A stretch of DNA of 64,000 nt from Candidatus Margulisiibacteriota bacterium (GTDB lineage: Bacteria; Margulisbacteria; Marinamargulisbacteria; SXXA01; SICP01): positions 36,547-100,546 of the forward strand of contig SICP01000002.1 of assembly GCA_009691415.1 (NCBI GenBank), read 5' to 3'. This document shows, piece after piece, positions 60,115-64,000 of this stretch. Below the pieces are notes generated by a model. That model was not told the DNA's origin. It searched no databases and saw only the letters and a program-made list of their open reading frames with translations. Positions within the stretch are counted from its first letter, which is position 1; every line of letters begins with the position of its first letter. A program made the position numbers and the translations under genes.

Positions 60115-61112
60115 GTACGCAATGCAGCAGAAATCTGCTGAACAATCTGACCTTCAACCGAACGCATCGCTGTACCAATAGCATTCTTGATAGCTAACGC
60201 GCTTGAGCTTCCATGAGCAATAATAGAAACGCCATCAACACCCAATAACGGCGCCCCACCATACTGCTCATGATCATATCGTTTTATAAATTTCTTTAAA
60301 CTCGACTTCAATAAAAAAAGACCCAACATAGAGAGAAGAGATCTTTTAGCTTCTGTTTTAAAAAAATTCATAAAAAGAGACGTCACCCCTTCTCCAAATT
60401 TCAATAACGTATTTCCCACAAACCCATCACACACCACTACATCTACACTTCCAGACAAAATATATTTACTCTCAATATTACCCACAAAATTCAGAGGTAA
60501 TTGCTGCAATAATTCAAAAGCAGCTTGTGTTTGCTGATTCCCTTTTTCAACTTCTTCACCAATATTTAACAACGCCACCCTGGGTTTTTGAACACCCAAC
60601 ATAATTTTTGAAAAACAATTCCCCATCGTCGCAAATTGCGCCAAATGCTCCGGCTTACAATCAATAGAAGACCCAATATCTAACAAAACAAACGGCGTGG
60701 TCTTTGTCGGCAAAACAGACGCAATAGCAGGACGTTCTACATTGGGAATTCTACCCAATATAAACGTAGACGCCATCATTACAGCTCCCGTATTCCCAGC
60801 AGACACAAACGCATCTGCACCGCCCTCTTTGACCAACCGCAAACCTACCTGGATGGACGACTCTTTTTTCTTACGAAAAGATACCGCGGGAGATTCCCCC
60901 ATACCCACCACATCTGGAGCATGGTGAATTGAAAGACGTGGATGGGGCCAACACGATTTAAATTCAGATACAGAAAGAGCAGCCATAAGCTGCTCTTGGG
61001 GACCCACTAAAATAATTTCAACCGAAAATTCATCAACCGCTAGAAAAGCCCCCTTAAGAACTTCTCCAGGGGCATAATCACCGCCCATCGCGTCTAGTCC
61101 GATTTTAAGCAA
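60111..61112 (-). CDS. plsX: phosphate acyltransferase PlsX
   Basis: 333 aa. MLKIGLDAMGGDYAPGEVLKGA N-terminus typical of PlsX. 4-nt overlap with fabH. Confidence 0.95.
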   Translation of the reverse strand: MLKIGLDAMGGDYAPGEVLKGAFLAVDEFSVEIILVGPQEQLMAALSVSEFKSCWPHPRLSIHHAPDVVGMGESPAVSFRKKKESSIQVGLRLVKEGGADAFVSAGNTGAVMMASTFILGRIPNVERPAIASVLPTKTTPFVLLDIGSSIDCKPEHLAQFATMGNCFSKIMLGVQKPRVALLNIGEEVEKGNQQTQAAFELLQQLPLNFVGNIESKYILSGSVDVVVCDGFVGNTLLKFGEGVTSLFMNFFKTEAKRSLLSMLGLFLLKSSLKKFIKRYDHEQYGGAPLLGVDGVSIIAHGSSSALAIKNAIGTAMRSVEGQIVQQISAALRT

Positions 61113-61310
61113 TTAATCTGCCTTTTTTGTTTTTTCTTTGATAACCAATACCTGTTTCCCGTTATAGACACCACAGTCAGGACACACACGATGTTGAACA
61201 ATCAACGCGCGGCAAGCTGCACAAGGAACCAAATTTGGTGTTTCAATTTTCCAATTAGCGTGATGTGAACGTTTTTTAGACTTGGATCGTCTACGTTTTG
61301 GTACTGGCAT
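61113..61310 (-). CDS. rpmF: 50S ribosomal protein L32
   Basis: MPVPKRRRSKSKKRSHH... C4 zinc ribbon: CxxC...CxxC. Confidence 0.9.
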   Translation of the reverse strand: MPVPKRRRSKSKKRSHHANWKIETPNLVPCAACRALIVQHRVCPDCGVYNGKQVLVIKEKTKKAD

Positions 61311-61386
61311 TTTTTTTCCTACCTACTAAAAATTAAAAACAAGAGAACTCATAATACGGGCTCTCACAACTATCGTCAAGAAAGGT

Positions 61387-62808
61387 CTATACGTCATAAT
61401 ACAGCGCGAACTCCCAAGGATGTGGACGCAAGTTCATTTCATGCACTTCTTTAGTCATCTTATACTGAATCCAAGTTTGGATCACATCTTCCGTAAACAC
61501 ATCGCCCTTCAATAAAAACGCATGGTCTTTTTCAAGTTCAGCTAAAGCTTCTCTTAATGTCTCTGGAGTCTGAGGAATCTTAGATAACTCTTCAGGCGGA
61601 AGCTCATAGATGTCTTTGTCCATAGGTTCGCCCGGATCAATCTTATTAGCAATACCATCAAGCGCCGCCATTAAGATCGCTGAAAATGCCAAATACGGAT
61701 TGCTACTTGCATCTGGACATCTAAACTCAAACCGCTTCGCCTTCTCTGAAGAATGGTACATCGGAATGCGAATAGCAGCGCTTCTGTTACGTCGTGAATA
61801 CGCAAGATTAACAGGGGCTTCAAATCCAGGAACCAACCGCTTGTAGCTATTGGTCGTAGGGTTTGTAAATGCCAACAACGCTCGTGCATGCTTCAAAATG
61901 CCACCAATCGCATACATCGCCATCTCGGTCATGCCACCATACCCATCGCCTGCAAATAAATTTTTATTGGCTTTCCAAATTGAAAAGTGAACATGCATGC
62001 CCGATCCATTATCGTTATACAAAGGCTTAGGCATAAAAGTAACCGTCTTATCATGTTGATTCGCTACATTTTTGATAACATATTTATATTTCATCAAATT
62101 ATCAGCCATCGTCACAAGAGAGTTAAAGCGAATAGCAATTTCGCCTTGTCCACCTGTAGCAACTTCATGATGCTGGGCTTCTGTCTCAATACCAACATCT
62201 TGAAGAGTCAACATCATCTCACTGCGAAGATCATGATGTTTATCCGTAGGCGGAACTGGAAAATAACCTTCTTTGTTACGCGGCTTATATCCCAAATTAG
62301 GATATTCTTCACGACCTGTATTCCATCGTCCTTCCACAGAATCCAAATGATAAAAACCTTGATTTTGTGTTTGGTCAAACCGAACATCGTCAAAAATAAA
62401 AAACTCTGCTTCCGGTCCAAAAAAGGCAATATCCCCTACACCCGTAGAAGCCAAATATTTCTCTGCTTTTTTCGCAACATTACGAGGGTCACGACTATAA
62501 TCTTCGCCTGTAACGGGGTCGCAAATATCACAAACCATCACCAATGTTTTATGCTCCATAAACGGATCCATAAACGCCGTATTGGCAACAGGCTTAACCA
62601 ACATGTCAGACTCATTAATCGCCTGCCAACCACGTATACTGGATCCATCAAAACCAAATCCTGTTTCAAATGCATCTTCGTCAATACGATGTGAAGGAAC
62701 TGTAAAATGCTGCCAAGCCCCCAAAAAATCAACAAACCTCAAGTCAACCAGAGCAATTTCTTCTCTCTTAAGTAAATCCACAACATCTGTGGGTAATTTT
62801 ATATCCAA
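61387..62808 (-). CDS. glnA: glutamine synthetase type I
   Basis: 473 aa. ...[16 protein letters not shown]..., [28 protein letters not shown]. Confidence 0.95.
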   Translation of the reverse strand: MDIKLPTDVVDLLKREEIALVDLRFVDFLGAWQHFTVPSHRIDEDAFETGFGFDGSSIRGWQAINESDMLVKPVANTAFMDPFMEHKTLVMVCDICDPVTGEDYSRDPRNVAKKAEKYLASTGVGDIAFFGPEAEFFIFDDVRFDQTQNQGFYHLDSVEGRWNTGREEYPNLGYKPRNKEGYFPVPPTDKHHDLRSEMMLTLQDVGIETEAQHHEVATGGQGEIAIRFNSLVTMADNLMKYKYVIKNVANQHDKTVTFMPKPLYNDNGSGMHVHFSIWKANKNLFAGDGYGGMTEMAMYAIGGILKHARALLAFTNPTTNSYKRLVPGFEAPVNLAYSRRNRSAAIRIPMYHSSEKAKRFEFRCPDASSNPYLAFSAILMAALDGIANKIDPGEPMDKDIYELPPEELSKIPQTPETLREALAELEKDHAFLLKGDVFTEDVIQTWIQYKMTKEVHEMNLRPHPWEFALYYDV

Positions 62809-62884
62809 AACAAGTCTCCTATTTGATAAAACAGAATATTTAAGAGCATTATAGCGATAACTTTATGGATTTTGAATAGGCCGA

Positions 62885-64000
62885 TTAGGCTTTTAAAGAG
62901 GCTTTGATAAAATCACGGAACAACGGATGTGCTCTATAGGGACGTGACTTAAATTCTGGATGAAACTGACACGCTAAAAACCATGGATGGTCTGTAAGTT
63001 CGACAACTTCTACCAAAGTACCTTCGGGAGAAAGTCCTGAAAAAACCAACCCGTTAGCTTCTAACAATTGTTTAAATTCATTGTTAAATTCATAACGATG
63101 CCGATGCCGTTCCTGAATTTTTGTCGTGTTATATGCTGCAAACAACAACGTATCTTTTTTAACTTTACAAGGATATCCACCCAAACGCATCGTGCCACCT
63201 TTTTGAGAAAGCGTCCGTTGGTCAGGAAGAAAATCAATCACAGGGTAAGGCGTCCCATCATTAAACTCAGAACTATGCGCAGCTTCAAGACCCGCCACAT
63301 GGCGCGCAAAATCAATCACCGCTACATGCATCCCCAAACACAATCCAAAATAAGGAATCTTATGTTCTCGTGCGTATTTAGAGGCCAAGATCTTGCCTTC
63401 AATGCCACGGTCTCCAAACCCACCAGGCACCACAATACCATCTGCATACTCCAAGAAATGCTTCGCGCCATGACGCTCTACTTCTTCCGCTTCCACCCAC
63501 AAAATTTTGGCATGACATTGGTTAGCTGCAGACGCATGATGAATCGCTTCTACAACACTCAAATAAGAATCTGACAAACTGGTATATTTCCCAACAATCG
63601 CAATTTTTACTTCTGGAGAATCTTTTTTATGAATCATTTCTACATAAGATCTCCACTCTTCCATCTGATTCGGACGATGAGTTAATCCCAATTTTTTACA
63701 CACGGTTTGATCTAATTTTTCAGCTTCCATCATCAAAGGCACATCATAAATGCTAGGCGCATCCACACAAGCAACAACCGCCTCTGGAGCGACATCACAA
63801 AACAACGCAATTTTATGACGCACTTCTAAAGTAATCGGCGCTTCTGAACGACATACAATCACATCTGCATGAATACCAATTTCGCGAAGCTCTTTAACGC
63901 TGTGTTGTGTCGGTTTTGTTTTAAATTCACCTGAAGTTTTTAAGAAAGGCACCAACGTCAAATGCAAATGCGCGCAGTCATCTCTATGAATATATTGAAA
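62885..64000 (-). CDS. pyrG: CTP synthase PyrG. The C-terminal glutamine amidotransferase domain is within the window; the N-terminus lies beyond the window end
   Basis: ...LTLVPFLKTSGEFKTKPTQHSVKELREIGIHADVIVCRSE... GLCLGMHVAVIDFARHVAG (GATase Cys). The reading frame stays open upstream of the first Met through to 64000. Confidence 0.9.
   Translation of the reverse strand, partial: FQYIHRDDCAHLHLTLVPFLKTSGEFKTKPTQHSVKELREIGIHADVIVCRSEAPITLEVRHKIALFCDVAPEAVVACVDAPSIYDVPLMMEAEKLDQTVCKKLGLTHRPNQMEEWRSYVEMIHKKDSPEVKIAIVGKYTSLSDSYLSVVEAIHHASAANQCHAKILWVEAEEVERHGAKHFLEYADGIVVPGGFGDRGIEGKILASKYAREHKIPYFGLCLGMHVAVIDFARHVAGLEAAHSSEFNDGTPYPVIDFLPDQRTLSQKGGTMRLGGYPCKVKKDTLLFAAYNTTKIQERHRHRYEFNNEFKQLLEANGLVFSGLSPEGTLVEVVELTDHPWFLACQFHPEFKSRPYRAHPLFRDFIKASLKA

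Noticed and set aside
1-64000. CRISPR arrays, rRNA and tRNA genes
   Set aside because: No spacer-repeat periodicity, no rRNA-like conserved blocks and no tRNA cloverleaf candidates noticed on reading. Essentially the whole window is accounted for by protein-coding genes.

Overview
This 64-kb window appears to be chromosomal DNA from a Gram-negative (diderm) bacterium of uncertain affiliation, roughly 40% GC by eye. I ran no composition calculation or database search. The diderm call rests on a TolC-family outer-membrane factor, an RND pump, FtsEX, RseP and a PpiD/SurA-like chaperone.

Most of the window is tightly packed housekeeping genes:
- At the left edge: mitochondrial-type aconitase (truncated), ksgA-pdxA, an MgtC-family protein, an M32 carboxypeptidase and the TolC+RND pair.
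- In the middle: ilvD-nudix-cutA, a PpiD/SurA-like PPIase, ftsX-ftsE, tkt, rseP, mazG, sepF-yggS and cspA.
- To the right of the giant-gene locus: ychF, a DUF368 protein, an M16 peptidase, cmoA and a GH-like protein.
- A long minus-strand operon: rpmF-plsX-fabH-[remnant]-fabD-fabG-acpP-fabF-rnhB-yraN, followed by glnA and pyrG (truncated).

The feature that stands out is at 23.5-47.7 kb:
- Two giant paralogous genes of 10.4 kb and 9.8 kb encode secreted, fibre-like proteins of 3457 and 3253 aa. They are built from dozens of degenerate units punctuated by a G-N-V-G-I-G-T-x-x-P signature. Both share conserved N-terminal and C-terminal modules.
- The two genes are joined by 4-nt ATGA overlaps to a Nudix hydrolase, a XerD-like tyrosine recombinase and a small M50 metalloprotease that sit between them.
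- Immediately upstream are a small secreted protein with a C-terminal FlgD-Ig/T9SS-sorting-like domain and a predicted outer-membrane beta-barrel.
- A decayed miniature paralogue of the giant family, with in-frame stops and a frameshift, sits inside the fab operon.

Other oddities:
- A 29-bp perfect palindrome spans the junction of the M32 carboxypeptidase and MgtC genes.
- No membrane-fusion protein gene sits next to the TolC/RND pair.
- sepF-yggS linkage occurs in an apparently diderm genome.
- There are two likely frameshifted gene remnants.

I recognised no rRNA, tRNA, CRISPR array or classical mobile element.
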